DNA of 64,000 bases from assembly GCA_030390025.1 (NCBI GenBank), contig CM059432.1, positions 3,410,001 through 3,474,000 of the forward strand, written 5' to 3'. Shown one piece after another: positions 13,695 through 27,650 of this stretch; within the stretch, counting starts at the first letter, position 1, and each line of letters begins with the position of its first letter. The DNA comes from Squalus acanthias (Eukaryota). The translations under genes and the position numbers were made by a program. The notes beneath the pieces were generated by a model. It was not told where the DNA came from. It ran no database searches and worked only from the letters and a program-made list of their open reading frames with translations.

Positions 13695-14523
13695 GACTCG
13701 CATTTCTACAGCGTCTTTCACCACCTTAGGACGTCACAAAGCGCTTTTACAGCCAACGTACTTTTGAAGTGTAGTCACGGTTATAACATGGGAAACTCGG
13801 CAGCCAATTGACATCGAATTTACAACACAGAAACAGGCCATTCGGCCCAACAGGTCTATGCCAGTGTTAATGCTCCACATGAGCCTTCTCCCCACCCCTC
13901 TTCATCAGCATATCCTTCTATTCTTTTCTCTCTCATGTATTTAATCCAGTTTCCCCTTAAATCCATCCATACTATTCGCTTCAACCACTCTCTGTGGCAG
14001 CGAGTTCCACACTCTCACCACTCTCTGGGTAAAGGAGTTTCTCCTGAATTGCCCACTGGATTTATTAGTGACCATCCCATATTCATGGCCCCCAGTGTGG
14101 AGTCCCTGACAAGCGGAAACGTCTTCTCTATGTCCACCCGATCGAACCACCTTCATAATTTTTAAAGACCTCTATTAGGTCACAACCTCAATTTGAGCAC
14201 AGTAAGGTCTCACAAACAATGTGATAATGACCAGATAATCTGTTTTTAGTGCTGTTGATTGAGGGATAAATATTGGCCAGGGCACCGGGAATAACTCTCC
14301 TGCTCTTCTTCAAAATAGTGCTGTGGGATCTTTTACATCCACCCGGGGTGGGCAAACGAGGCCTCGGTTCAACGCCTCGTCTGAAAGACGGCACCTCCGA
14401 CAGCGCAGCGCTCCCTCAGTGTTGCACTGGGAGTGTCAGCCTAGAGTTTTGTGCTCAAGTCTCTGAAGTGGGGCTCGAACCCACAACCTTCTGACTCAGA
14501 CGAGAGTGCGGCCCACTGAGGCA
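13695..14523 (-). mobile_element. DeuSINE (SacSINE1-like) interrupted by a CR1 3' end (about 13810-14185)
   Basis: tRNA-like head at about 14470-14523, Deu core, and L2-like tail at 13695-13810. Confidence 0.75.
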
Positions 14524-14976
14524 CGACACGTTGAGTAATATCCATATTTGAATTCTCAAGTACAATTAAGGCCTCATTTTGGGCTGCATTACTAGCCTTC
14601 AAAAATGGCAGCTCCAGGATGTTTAATTTGCAGAATGCATTTGCCACATTTTATTTTAACCTCTTGAACCTTAACCCCAGAGAGTAGTCATGTCAAAAAA
14701 AGTGAATCACAATGGTTCTCAAAACACTTTTTCCTGATGTCCAACTTAAGCTTAAAAAAAGTAACAGTTTTGCCAAGACAGACATGGATTACATGTCTAC
14801 AGATTGTAATGGAAGAGGTTTTACTTCACGTGAAGTTGTGTGTACTTCATCGACCGTGTCCAAATAAAAATCTGAATAATTAACTTACAAAGCGGCAAAA
14901 CTAAACCTTCTGTAACCAGTTGCATTAGTCGCCCATTGGCTACCAAGAAATTGCTACCTTCTAATTACTAGTACAT

Positions 14977-15462
14977 CAACAACTTGCATTTATATAGCGC
15001 CTTTAACGTAGTAAAACATCTCAAGCGCTTCACAGGAGCGATTATCAGGCAAAATTTGACACCGAGCCACATAGGGAGATATTAGGACAGATGCCCAAAA
15101 ACTTGGCCAAAGAGGTAAGTGTTAAGGAGCGTCTTAAAGGAGGAAAAAGAGATCTAGAGAGACGGAGAGGTTTTTGGGAGGGAATACCAGAGCTTGGGGC
15201 CCAGGCAGCTGAAGGCACGGCCGCCAATGGTGGAGCGATTAAAATCAGGGATGGAGGGATTTGAAAACGAGGATGAGAATTTTAAAAATCGAGGTGTTGC
15301 TTAACCGGGAGCCAATGTAGGTCAGCGAGTACAGGGGGTGATGGGTGAACGGGACTTGGTGTGAGTTAGGACACGGGGCAGCCGAGTTTTGGATGACGGA
15401 GGGTAAAACGCGAGTGGCTGGCCAGCAGTGCGTTAGAGAAGTCAAGTCTCGAGGTAACAAAG
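14977..15462 (-). mobile_element. L2 LINE 3' fragment
   Basis: Same L2 family as 34213-34770. Confidence 0.8.
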
Positions 15463-17409
15463 TACATCAGAGCAACCATGCATCTCTTAAACTTTAGATA
15501 CTTCTATTTTGAAACCAATCTAGCCACAATAGCTATATTTAATATATTTTTATGCCAACATTGTACTAAGGATTAATTACTTGGCCTTGCCGATAACAGA
15601 AGCTCTGGAACCGCACTAAGTCAAAACTAAATACCTTTATTGTCTAATTTAAATTCCTCTGACTCACTCAAGCACTTGCTGCATGGTACCTTATCTCCAG
15701 CGATTACCACTTTTCATCGAGACCGGTCAGTGTTTAAACGCAAGAATCCGATTAATGAATGACCAATCCTTAAGGCTCAAGCTTTGAAATAGTAGTGAGG
15801 CAACAACCGCCTGCATACCTAAAGTCAGAACACATTTGTACGCACAATTCATCTGAAAGACTATTTTTATTAACTGGCTAACAAAAAAACACATTGTCTT
15901 GTATTCAGTTGAGATTTAACCCAAACTACAAAAAGGTCAGACTTGTGAGCATATTTGTTTTGTACTAAAAAAAAACATTCCTAGGCTAGAAAAACAATCA
16001 AAGTGAACTACTTGATCTGAATATCAGCAATAAAATTAAACATGAACAGCGCCTCTAACGTAGTAAAACGTCCCAAGGCGCTTCACAGGAGCGATTATCA
16101 AACAAAAGTTGACACCGAGCCACAGGAAGAGATATTTGGACAGATGATCAAAAGCTTGGTCAAAGAGATAGGTTTTAAGGAGCATCTTAAAAGGAAGAGA
16201 GAGGCGGAGAGGTTTAGGGAGGGAATTCCAGAGTTTAGAGCCCAGGCAGCCGAAGGAACTTCCTTCCCACTTTTTCCATTTAGTCTTGAGAAAAACAGAG
16301 AATACTCTTGTAGAACATAAGAAATAGGAGCAGGAGTCGGCCATTCGGAATCTCGAGCCTGCTCCGCCATTCAATAAGATCATGGCTGATCTGATCTTGG
16401 CCTCAACTCCACTTTCCTGTCCGCTCCCCATAACCCTCGACTCCCGTATTGTTCAAAAATCTCCACCTTGAATATGGATTCAATGACCCAGCCTCCACAG
16501 CTCTCTGGGGTAGAGAATTCCAAAGATTCACGACCCTCTCAGAGAAGAAATTCCTCCTCATCTCCGTCTTAAATGGGCGACCCCTTATCCTGAAACTAGA
16601 ACGTGCACTACTTTTTAACTGGTTCAAGGAGGAACAGTGTGCTGGCACAGGTGCGATGGGCCGAATGGTTTGTACTGGGTGAATCTACGAGATACCAACT
16701 CCCTCACCGTTACAAAGAACACAACGGCATTCGGAAGTGGGAGAAAAACCAGAAGGTTCATTCCAATATTAGACCCGCTCATAGTGCACCAACACTAGTA
16801 TCGCACTACTGAAAAACTGAGGCAAGAGTTCAGACTGAAGCAAGCTTGGCGGGGCAGACTATATTAGACGAACAATATTAAAAGACTAAGTGAAATTGAG
16901 GGGCAATTGAGTAAAAAAAAGGCAAATGTCACCTTTCTAAAATTCTACCCCGCAGACCGCATACAACACCGACATACTGCACCAACACACGGATTCAAAT
17001 ACTGTGAGGAATTTCAGACCCCAGTGCCAGTTTCAAAGCTACACTAAACCATCACCCAGTTCTGCTTATCCATGTAACACTTATTCAGTATTTGAAATCT
17101 TCTCAAATCGCAGTATTTACTTGCATTGCTCAACAAAATTAATCCTTCTATTTGGAAGTCTATTTTGCAATCTAGTGGTGTGCCACACCTCAACAGTCAA
17201 CATTTAAAACTAGTTTATCAGAGTTTCCTTCTGACCTTGTAACTCAATAATGAACAGACCCAATTGCTAAGTGGATGCATTCCAGTGTTCCTCATTATGA
17301 CACTTTGAGAAGTCGCAAATTAATCACGGTGCAGATGTTCCACTTACTAAATGTGTACGGTTAAGATCCTTCTACAGTGCGCAATAGGCTGGTCAACCCA
17401 ACATCAAAT

Positions 17410-18900
17410 CACAGAATCATACAGCACAGAGGGAGGCCATTCAGCCCATCGTGTCTGTGCCGGCTCTTTGAAAGAGCTCTCCAATTAGTCCCACTGCCCC
17501 CCCCGCTCTTTCCCCATCGCTCTGCAAAATTTCTCCCCTTCAAGTATTTATCCAATTCCCCTTTGAAAGTTACTATTGAATCTGCTTCCAACCGCCCTTT
17601 CAGACAGCGCATTCCCGATCACAACAGCTCGCTGCGTAAACTTTTTTTTAATCCTCATCTCCCCCACTGGTTCTTTTGCCGATTACCTTCAATCTGTGTC
17701 CTCTGGTTACTGACCCTCCTGCCAATGGGAACAGTTTCTCTCTATCTACTCTGTCAAAACCCCTCATAACTTTGAACACCTGTGTCAAATCTCCTCTTCA
17801 ACCTTCACTGATCCAAGGAGAACAATCCCAGCTTCTCCAGTCTCTCCACATAACTGAAGTCCCTCATCCCTGGTACCATTCTAGTAAATCTCCTCTGCAC
17901 CATCTCCAATACCTTGACATCCTTCCTGAAGTGTGGTGCCCAGAATCGCATACTATACTCCAGCTGATTTCTAAAAGGTTAAGCATAACTTTTGTAACTC
18001 TACGCTGCTATTTATAAAGCCAAGGATCTCGTGTGCTTTTTTAAACTGCCTTATCAACGTGTCCTGTCACCTTCAAAGATTTGTGTGCGTACACCCCGGG
18101 TCTCTCTGTTCCTGCACCCAAGTGTTCCCTCTAATTTCTTTTTGGCCTGCGCGGCCCCTTTAACGGTCTGCGCGGCCATTCAGAATTCTGCGCAGGTGCT
18201 GTTTTTCTATTTAATAATCGGCTCACCGGCTGTGCGAGACCTGCAGAGCGCCACGCAGCTTGCAGGTAACATAGAAACATAGAAGATAGGAGCAGGCCAT
18301 TCGGCCCCTCGAGCCTGTTCTGCCATTTAATGAGATCATGGCTGATCATCCAAATTCAGTACCCTGTCCCTGCTTTCTCCCCATATCCCTTGATACCTTT
18401 AGCCTTAAGAAGTATATCCAACTCCTTCTTGAATATATTTACGGACTTGGCCTCAACTGCCTTCTGTGGTAGAGAATTCCACAGGTTCACCACTCTCTGG
18501 GTGAAGAAATTCCTCCTCATCTCAGTCCTAAATGGCTTACCCCTTATCCTTAGATTGTGACCCCTGGTTCTGGACTCACCTGCCATCGGGAACATCCTTC
18601 CTGCATCTAGTCTGTCTAGTCCTGTTAGAATTTTATAAGTTTCAACGAGATCTCCTCTCATTCTTCTAAACTCCAGCGAGTACAAGCCCAATCGACCCAT
18701 TCCCTTTCCTTTGTGCTGCGCCCCCTTTAACATTGTACCCTTTCGTTCACATTGCCTCTCCTCATCCTTCCTTCCACAATGCATCACTTCACACCTCTCT
18801 GCGTTAAATTTAATCTGCCACGTGTCTGCCCAATTCACCGGTCTGTCCGTGTCCTTCTGTAGTCTGTTACTATCCTCCTCCCTGTTTACTACATTTCCGA
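17410..18900 (-). mobile_element. CR1 fragment with a nested short hAT-like MITE (about 18120-18270) and a second CR1 3' end (about 18268-18700)
   Basis: CR1 motifs in ORF 18356-18943. MITE ends resemble (c)agtgttccctctaa...gcaggtaacat. Confidence 0.7.
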
Positions 18901-20206
18901 GATTGAAGGCACAGTTATTTAACCATTTTTGCTGCAGAAACATTGACTTTTCGGTTGCGCAGCAGGAAGCAAGGAACTAAAAGGCTGGAGATGTCAAGAT
19001 AAAACGGAATAGATATTCGCATACATCCTGCAATACTCCTTACATTGACTGCATACTGAACAGCACCACAGAGCTCCAGCCTGACAGAAGAGCATATGGG
19101 TTAAAAAAAGAGAGACAGGCCTCGCCAATTCAACTACCCCGAGTCTAAAGAGCTAAAAAGTCGTTTCAGTGTAGCATCAAGGCCAAGTAAGTGTCAAACT
19201 CGAGGCAAACTTCAAATCGGAGACCTTCAGGTCGCAAGTCAAGTGTTTGTCGCTTAAAATAACATCAACCACTGCACTTCTAAAAAAAAAAAAAAAAATG
19301 TACAAAAAAGGAAAGTCCAGCACAGGTTTTTTTCCCCCACCAATGATGATTTTTTTTCCCCCCCAAGAGAAACATTTGCCTTCTTCTGTTCTTTCACTTT
19401 TATATGTAAAGCTTGAAGCTACTGTGTTTCGGACTGTAGGAAGATCTTGCCTGCTTTCTCCGTCTCTAATGTAACACAAACATCCAACCATACTTTGCAA
19501 CAACAACAAAAAAAAGAGCAATATAACACAATGATGAATTACCATTTAAGAGAGGCTGCCCTTCGCGTACGCTCCTTGAAACCACTGCGTTGAAAATATC
19601 TTCTGAAAATCCAGCCATGCATGACGCGAGTCCCGTTGCTTCTATTGGTAGCTTTAAAAAAAAAAGATAAAATGATTAAAAATGTAAAATGTATTTCAAA
19701 TTCAAATGTGCTTCTTTGTTGCAGCTCCCTCTGGTCTAAAAAGAGTGCTTTACATCAACTATAGAATGATACGGCGCAGAAGGAGGCCGCTCGGCCCATC
19801 GTGCCTGTGCCGGCTCATTGAAAGAGCTCTCCAATTAATCCCACTCCCCCCACCCCGCTCATTCCCCATAGCCCCGCAAATTTTTTCTTTTTCCAAGTAC
19901 AGTATATATCCAATTCCCCTTCTGAACGTTATTATTGAATCTGCTTTCAGGCAGCGCATTTCAGATCATCACAACTCGCTGCGTTTAAAAAACAAACCCC
20001 TCATCTCGCCTCTGGTTCTTTTGTCAATTATCTCAATTCTCAAAATCTGCCTGTTACAGCTGAAATGAAACACGGAAGGAGAGGTGGACCCAAACCTGCT
20101 TTTATGTTAATTAAACCAAGATTACTTTAAGGTGGCCAACACTGCCATAAGAAATGACCCTCAGGTGACAGATTGTTTGAAGAGGCAGGGGGGCGGGGGG
20201 GGGGAG

Positions 20207-20675
20207 TAAGAAAAACCTGCATTTCTATAGCGCCTTTCACGACCTCAGGACGCCCCAAAGCGCTTTACAGCCAATGAAGTACTTTTTGAAGTGGAGTCAC
20301 TGTTGTAATGTGGGAAACGCGGCAGCCAATTTGCGCACAGCAAGCTCCCACAAACAGCAACGTGATGATGATCTGTTCTTTTAAGTGATGTTGATTGAGG
20401 GGTAAATATTGGCCCCAGGACACCGGGGAGAACTCCCCCGCTCCTCTTTGAAATAGTGGCCGTGGGATCTTTTACGTCCACCCGAAGAGAGCAGACGGGG
20501 GCCTCGGTTTAACGTCTCATCCGCAAGACTGCACCTCCGACAGCGCAGCACTCCCTCAGTACAGGCGCTGGAGCGTCAGTCTAGAATTTTTTTGTGCTCA
20601 AGTTTCTGGAGTGGGACTCGAACCCACAACCTTCTGACTCAGCAAGGTGAGGGTGCTACCCACTGAGCCACGGCT
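20207..20675 (-). mobile_element. DeuSINE (SacSINE1-like), near full length
   Basis: A/B-box tRNA head (agccgtggctcagtggg...ggttcgagtccc), Deu core, L2-like tail. Confidence 0.85.
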
Positions 20676-20989
20676 AGCACACAAGAGCAAATTGCTGCCA
20701 GGCTGGAGCTTTACTGCAGACAGTCACAGGGTGGAAACAATCCGACTGCAAGCATGATGCGTCCCTGATCATGTAAATTTGAATTGGACAATACACTTAA
20801 CTGATTTCATGCTTAAAGGAGTTTGATTACTACACACAGTACTTCAAACAATTCTTTTATTAGATATGTGCAGTGCAAGAGGCTGTTGGAATAAAAAACA
20901 AATTGGCCCACGGGTAGAAAATTTAGCTACATTTTAAAATGCACCGTATCAATAAACTTCAACCAAATAATGCTCAGATCTCAAGAAAA

Positions 20990-21897
20990 TTGGAGAATTT
21001 TAGCTCTGAGGAAAGATTGGATAGGCTGGGTTTGTTTTCTTTGGAACAGAGGAGGCTGAGGGGAGATGTATAAAATTATGAGGGGCCTAGATAGAGTGGA
21101 TAGGGAGGACTTATTTCCCTTAGCAGAGAGGTCAATAACCAGGGGGGCATAGATTGAAAAAAAGAAAAGAAAGACTTTCCTTTCTATAGCGGCTTTCACG
21201 ACCACCGGACCTCTCAAAGTACTTTACAGCCAATGAAGTACTTTTTGAAGTGTGGTCACTGTTTTAATGTAGGAAACGCAGCAGCCAATTTGTGCACAGC
21301 AAGCTCCCACAAACAGCAATGTGATAATGACCAGATAATGTTTTTGTTATGTTGATTGAGGGATAAATATTGGCCCCAGGACACCGGGGAGAACTCCCCT
21401 GCTCTTCTTCGAAATAGTGCCATGGGATCTTTTACGTCCACCTGAGAGAGCAGACGGGGCCTCGGTATAATGTCCCATCCGAAAGACGGCACCTCCGACA
21501 GTGCAGCCCTCCCTCAGCACTGCACTGGAGTGTCAGCCTAGCTTTATGTGCTCAAGTCTCGAACCCACAACCTTCTGACTCAGAGGAAAATGTGCTACCC
21601 ACTGAGCCACGGCTGACACTTAATAGTAATTGGTAGAAGGATTGGAGGGGAGTTGAGGAGAACTTTTCTCACCCAGAGGGTGGTGGGGGTCTGGAACTCA
21701 CTGCCTGAAAGGGTGGTAGAGGCAGAAACCCTCATCACATTTAAAAAGTACTTGGATATGCACTTGAAGCGCCGTAACCTACAGGGCTACGGACCAAGAG
21801 CTGGAAAGTGGGATTAGGCTGGGTAGCTCTTTGTCGGCCGGCACGGACACGATGGGCCGAATGGCCTCCTTCTGTGCCATAAACTTCTGTGATTCTA
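20990..21897 (+). mobile_element. CR1 3' fragment with nested minus-strand DeuSINE (about 21155-21619)
   Basis: CR1 ...aggggggcatagatt resumes as ...gtaattggtagaagg after the SINE. Confidence 0.85.
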
Positions 21898-22964
21898 CAA
21901 GAACTAATTACGCAAGTCCAACTCCCAATTACTGAAACAAGTTAAACTCCCACAACTCAATTGTAAATCGGAAAATGTAGCCATAATAACCATTTCACTC
22001 CCATGTATGTATCATCACACACCATTAAACAGACATTCTGACCCGTTCTCATCAGACTGAAAATACAGAAGGACAAAACGAGTTACTTTGATTTTTTTTT
22101 TTAAAAAGGAAGCTGCTGCACTGGGATTTAAATCCGTGTCAAACTCGAGTTGCCTGCTGAACTCCGCTACGTCCACCTTTGACAAAGCAGCTTTCTGGAG
22201 GACAGCGACAGAATGAACCTTGCTCATTACTGAACAAAGCTCTCGGCTATCAGTACTCCAACTCCTCGCTACAATGTAGTGCATTTTTTTTTAGACCAGT
22301 TTCTATTGTGAGGATACTAGCCCAACCTTGAAATGAAAAGGCGTGCTAAAGAAAGGGTTCCATTGTGATTTAAAATCGACAGAAATGGGCAGTTAATGGG
22401 AACACGTTGATGTTCTAAATGCAAACATTTTTTGCAGGGCAATTGGTGCTAAAACTACCCTGGTTTAACTGGAAGGGTTGGTGGGGGGGGGGGGGGGGGA
22501 GCGTCCCACAGTCTGGGAAAGATAGTGGGAATCCTCTCAATCTATCTCACACATCCTCCTTCTCAGTGCAACCTGCTGGAAACCAGACGGTGCTAAAATG
22601 AAACTCGATTGCATTGCTCATTAAAGATTTATACAAAATGCACCGACTAAAAGTAACGCGGATTAAAACAAGACCAGGTGCTGGGGCTCGGGCAGGGCCG
22701 CCTGCTCCGCTCAAACAATGCCCCATGTTCAAAACAATACGCCCTTTCCCCAGAAATCTGAACGACAGCATCTTTTGCAATGCAAACCTCCCGATTCACA
22801 GGACATTATATATTTTTGGACGTTTAATTTAATCCACTTTTTTTTAATGCATTGGAAGGAGCTTTGGCAATTTTGCAAACTGTCTGCTGTAAATTCCAGG
22901 CACATGGCGGGGAGGGGAGGGAAGGGGGTGAGAGAGAGGGAGGGAGGGGGGGTGAGAGAGAGGG

Positions 22965-23464
22965 NNNNNNNNNNNNNNNNNNNNNNNNNNNNNNNNNNNN
23001 NNNNNNNNNNNNNNNNNNNNNNNNNNNNNNNNNNNNNNNNNNNNNNNNNNNNNNNNNNNNNNNNNNNNNNNNNNNNNNNNNNNNNNNNNNNNNNNNNNNN
23101 NNNNNNNNNNNNNNNNNNNNNNNNNNNNNNNNNNNNNNNNNNNNNNNNNNNNNNNNNNNNNNNNNNNNNNNNNNNNNNNNNNNNNNNNNNNNNNNNNNNN
23201 NNNNNNNNNNNNNNNNNNNNNNNNNNNNNNNNNNNNNNNNNNNNNNNNNNNNNNNNNNNNNNNNNNNNNNNNNNNNNNNNNNNNNNNNNNNNNNNNNNNN
23301 NNNNNNNNNNNNNNNNNNNNNNNNNNNNNNNNNNNNNNNNNNNNNNNNNNNNNNNNNNNNNNNNNNNNNNNNNNNNNNNNNNNNNNNNNNNNNNNNNNNN
23401 NNNNNNNNNNNNNNNNNNNNNNNNNNNNNNNNNNNNNNNNNNNNNNNNNNNNNNNNNNNNNNNN
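22965..23464. other. Assembly gap (500 N)
   Basis: Run of N preceded by a G/A-rich low-complexity tract. Confidence 1.
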
Positions 23465-24294
23465 ATAAATGCCGGCCTTGCCAGCGACGCCCACATCCCA
23501 TAAAAAACGAATTTTAAATAAAGTGTCAGCTGTGGCTCAGTGGGGAGCACTCTCGCCTCTGAGTCAGAAAGTTGTGAGTTCATAGTCCCACTCCAGGGAC
23601 TTGAGCACATAATCTAGGCTGACACTCCCAGTGCAGTACCGAGGGAGCGCCGCACTGTCGGAGGTGGCGTCTTTCAGATAAGACGTTAAACCGAGGCCCC
23701 GTCTACTCTCTCAGGTGGACGTAAAAGATCCCGCAGCACTGTTTCGACGTTTTACTATGATAAAAGGCTCGATATAACTGCAAGATGTTGTTGTTGAAGC
23801 TGACCCCATATTTCCTGGTAATGTCACTGAGGCACTTGTCATAGACGAGAAATCGGTGGGACCCAGAATGTTGCCATGACAGAGGTGGCTGTGTAAATGG
23901 AGGATAAGCCATTGCATTATACAATCGTAGAATCCTAGAACAGTACAGCACAGAAGGAGGCCATTCGGCCCATCGAGTCTGCGCCGGCTCTTTCGAAGAG
24001 CAATCCAGTTAGTCCCACTCCCCCCCGCTCTTTCCCCATATCCCCGCAATTAATTCTCCTTTCGAGTTTTTATCCAATTCTCTTTTGAAGGCTACTATTG
24101 AATCTGTTTCCACCACCCTATCAGGCAGCGCATTCCAAATCCTAACCCACTCGTTGCGTAAAAAAGTTTTCCCTCATGTCGCCTCTGGTTCTTTTGCCGA
24201 TCACCTTAAATCTGTGCCCTCTGGTTGTCGACCCTTCAGCCATTGGAAACAGTTTCTCTTCATTTACTAAACCGGTCACGATTTTAAACAGCAA

Positions 24295-26947
24295 GGGGGA
24301 AAAATTGACTCGCGCCCCCTTTGGAGCGATAACTTCGCCGGGGCGCTGCTTTTAGCGTCCCGAAAAAGTTAGCGCCCCTGCACCCAAAATTGAATGGTAG
24401 CGCCCCAAGCAGGAGGCGGGGCGCTACTGGAAGCGCTCCCCCTCCCTCTTGGGGTGCTCCCATTGAACATAAGAACATAAGACGTGGGAGCAGAAGTAGG
24501 TCATTTGGCCCCTCGAGCCTGCTCCGCCATTCAATAAGATCAAGGCTGATTAATCTTGGCCTCAACTCCACTTCCCTGCCCGCTCCCCATAACCCGCGAC
24601 TCCCTTATCATTCAAAAATCTGTCTATCTCCACCTTAAATATATTCAATGACCCAGCCTCCACAGCTCTCTGGGGAAGAGAATTCCATATATTTACGATC
24701 CTCTGAGAGAAGAAATTCCTCCTCATTTCCGATTTAAAAGGGTTTCCCCTTATTCTGAAATTATGCCCCCTAGTTCTAGATTCCCCCACGAGGGAAAAGA
24801 TCCTCTCTGCATCTACCCTGTCAAGCCCCTTCAGAATCTTATATGTTTCAATAAGATCCACACTCATTCTTCTAAACTCCAATGAGTTTAGGCCCAACCT
24901 GCTCAACCTTTCTTCATAAGACAACCCCTTCATCTCCGGAATCAACCTCATGAACCTTCTCTGCAACTGCCTCCAATGCAAGTATATCCTTCCTTAAATA
25001 AGGAGACCAAAACTGTACGCAGTACTCCAGGTGTGGTCTCACCAACGCCCTGTACAGTTGTAGCAGGACTTCCCTACTTTTATACTCCATTCCCTTTGCA
25101 ATAAAGGCCAACACTCCATTTCCTAATTACTTGCTGTACCTGCATGCTAACTTTTTGTGATTCATGTACAAAGACCCCCAGATCCCTCTGTACCTCAGCA
25201 TTTTGTAATCTCTCTCCATTTAAATAATAATTCGCTTTTTTATTTTTCCTACCAAAGTGGATAACCTCGCATTTTCCCACATTAAACTCCATCTGCCAGA
25301 TCTTTGCCCACTCACTTAGCCTGTCTATATCCCTTTGGAGATTCTTTGAGTCCTCCACACAACTTGCTTTCCCACCATCTTTGTATCATCAGCAAATTTG
25401 GCTACATTACACTCGGTCCCTTCATCCAAGTCATTCATACAGATTGTAAATAGTTGAGGCCCCAGCACTGATCCCTGTGGCACCCCACTAGTTACAGTTT
25501 GCCAACCTGAAAATGACCCATTTATCCCGACTCTCTGTTTTCTGTTAGTTAGCCAATCCTCTATCCATGCTAATATATTACCCCAACCCCGTGAGCTCTT
25601 ATCTTGTGCAGTAACCTTTTATGTGGCACCTTATCGAATGCCTTCTGGAAATCCAAAGACACCACATCTGTTGGTTCCCCTTTATCCACCCTGCTCATTA
25701 CATCCTCAAAGAACTCCAGCAAATTTGTCAAACATGATTTCCCTTTCATAAAACCATGTTGACTCTGCTTGACTATATTATGATTTTCTAAATGTCCTGC
25801 TACCACTTCCTTAATGATGGACTCCAGCATTTTCCCAACGACAGATGTTAGGCTAACTGGTCGATAGTTGCCTGCTTTCTGGCTCCCTCCTTTCTTAAAT
25901 AGGGGCGTTACATTTGCGGTTTTCCAGTCCGCTGGGACCTCTCCAGAATCCAGGGAATTTTGGTAGATTACAACCAATGCATCCACTATCTCTGCAGCCA
26001 CCTCTTTTAAGACTCTAGGATGCAGGCCATCGGGTCCAGGGGACTTGTCCACCTTTAGTCCCATTAATTTGCCTAGTACTTTCTCTCTAGTGATAGTGAT
26101 TGTTTTAAGTTCCCCCCCCCACCCCAATAGCCCCTTGATTATCCATTATTGTGATGTTTTTAGTGTCTTCTACCGTGAAGACCGATACAAAATATTTGTT
26201 CAAAAGTCTCCGCCATTTCCCTGTTTCTCATCCCCAGACTCATCCTCTAGGGGACCAACGTTTACTTTAGCTACTCGCTTCCTTTTTATATACCTGTAGA
26301 AGCTCTTACTGTCTGTTTTTATATTTCTTGCTAGCTTACTCTCATAAGCTATCTTCACTCTCTATCATTTTTTTAGTCGTCCTTTGCTGGTTTAAAAAAA
26401 TTTCCCAATCCTCTGGCCTTCCACTATTCTTCGCAACATTGTATACTTTGAATATCGCGGCACTACAAGCAGCAGCGCCACGCGTGTCGGCACATAGCAC
26501 CACGTCATTGCAGGCCTCCCTCCCCTGATTAAAGGGGAGGGGCCTAGCGCAGCGTGCACCGGGGCCCTGCTGGACCACCGGGGAGCGGGGTGCCGGCCAA
26601 AGAGCCCGGCACTCAAGAGGAGCGCCGGGCTGACCAATCGCGGCCGGCACCCCGCAGGAGGAGGCCAGAGGGGGCAGGTGCTGGCAGGCGGCCCGAAAAA
26701 AAATGGCCGCCCAGCACCTGCCGTTTAATTTGCATCGCCGCGGCCGCAAAAACGCCACCGTGACCCTGTCGGACATATTGTCCGGCGATAAGTCAGGGGG
26801 CGCGAGACAGGTTTGCGGTCGGGGCACGAGCGGGGCGCTGTGCATGGCGATTTTCACTGGAGGTGTTAGCGGCGCCGCGCCCGGGCGCTCCCCGTTAACG
26901 GCCCCTTGGGGTGCTAACGGGAGGCACAAAGCAACCGAATTTGTCCC
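24295..26947. mobile_element. GC-rich Harbinger-like TIR element, inserted in a CR1 (23925-24290 and 26950-27280) and itself split by a CR1
   Basis: Ends gggggaaaatt...aatttgtccc. The outer CR1 reads attttaaaca|...|caaatctcctctt. GC-rich portions at 24295-24462 and 26450-26947. Confidence 0.6.
24466..26445 (-). mobile_element. CR1 LINE, about 2 kb, frameshifted ORF2
   Basis: ORFs 25570-26127 (KSPGPDGLHPRVLKE, NYRPVSLTS), 25080-25358, 24914-25114, 24562-24981; (tatgttct) tail. Confidence 0.9.
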
Positions 26948-27281
26948 TCCAAATCTCCTCTTAGACTTCTCTGTTCCAAGGAGAACAACCCCAGCTTCTC
27001 AAATCTATCCACGTAACTGTAATCCCTCATCCCTAGTAAATCTCCTCTGCACCCTCTCCAAAGCCTTCACGTCTTTCCTAAAGTGCGGTGCCCAGAATTG
27101 GACACAATACTCCAGCTGGGGCCGAACCAGTGTTTTATATAAAGGTTTAGCATAATCCTGGCTTTTGTACTCGATGCCTCTGTTTATAAAGCCCAGGATC
27201 CCATGTGCTTTATTAACTGCTTTGTTAACCCGCCCTGCCACCTTCAGAGATTAGTGCACAAACACCCCCAGGTTTTTCTCT

Positions 27282-27650
27282 TCATCCTGACTCAACTGGG
27301 ACAGGTAGGAGTGCTGCCAAGGAGGAGACGATAACGAGGAGAGCAGTGCTTGAGCATACTGAAGGACATGAAGAAGTCTCAGAGAACAAGGAAGGATGAT
27401 GCGCAGTCACAAATGACGTCTTTGGTGATTTGGTCTCAGTGCTATGGACGGGATGGAAACCAGACTGAAGGGATTGAAACGAGCGAATGGTGATCACCGG
27501 AGCCAAGTGGCAATGATGTGTTTAAAGTCCTTCGAGGCAAAAGGTTGGAGATGGGGTGGCAGTTAGAGGGAACATGGGGTTGAAATGAGCTTTGTAAAGA
27601 AGAAGGTGATCACATCAGTTTTGAAGAGGCTGGGCAAAAAATTTGTGCAT
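27282..27650 (-). mobile_element. Old L2 RT fragment
   Basis: LQSGFHPVHSTET resembles the L2 RT motif QSGFRxxHSTETAL. Confidence 0.55.

Noticed and set aside
22015..22284. 89-aa minus-strand ORF as a coding exon
   Set aside because: No recognisable homology, it contains a homopolymer run, and no convincing splice pair was found.
22718..23610. Long ORFs of 216-293 aa
   Set aside because: They are artefacts of reading through the 500-N gap.
26342..27155. GC-rich ORFs of 150-195 aa as coding exons
   Set aside because: Stop-poor GC-rich transposon interior with no recognisable protein similarity.
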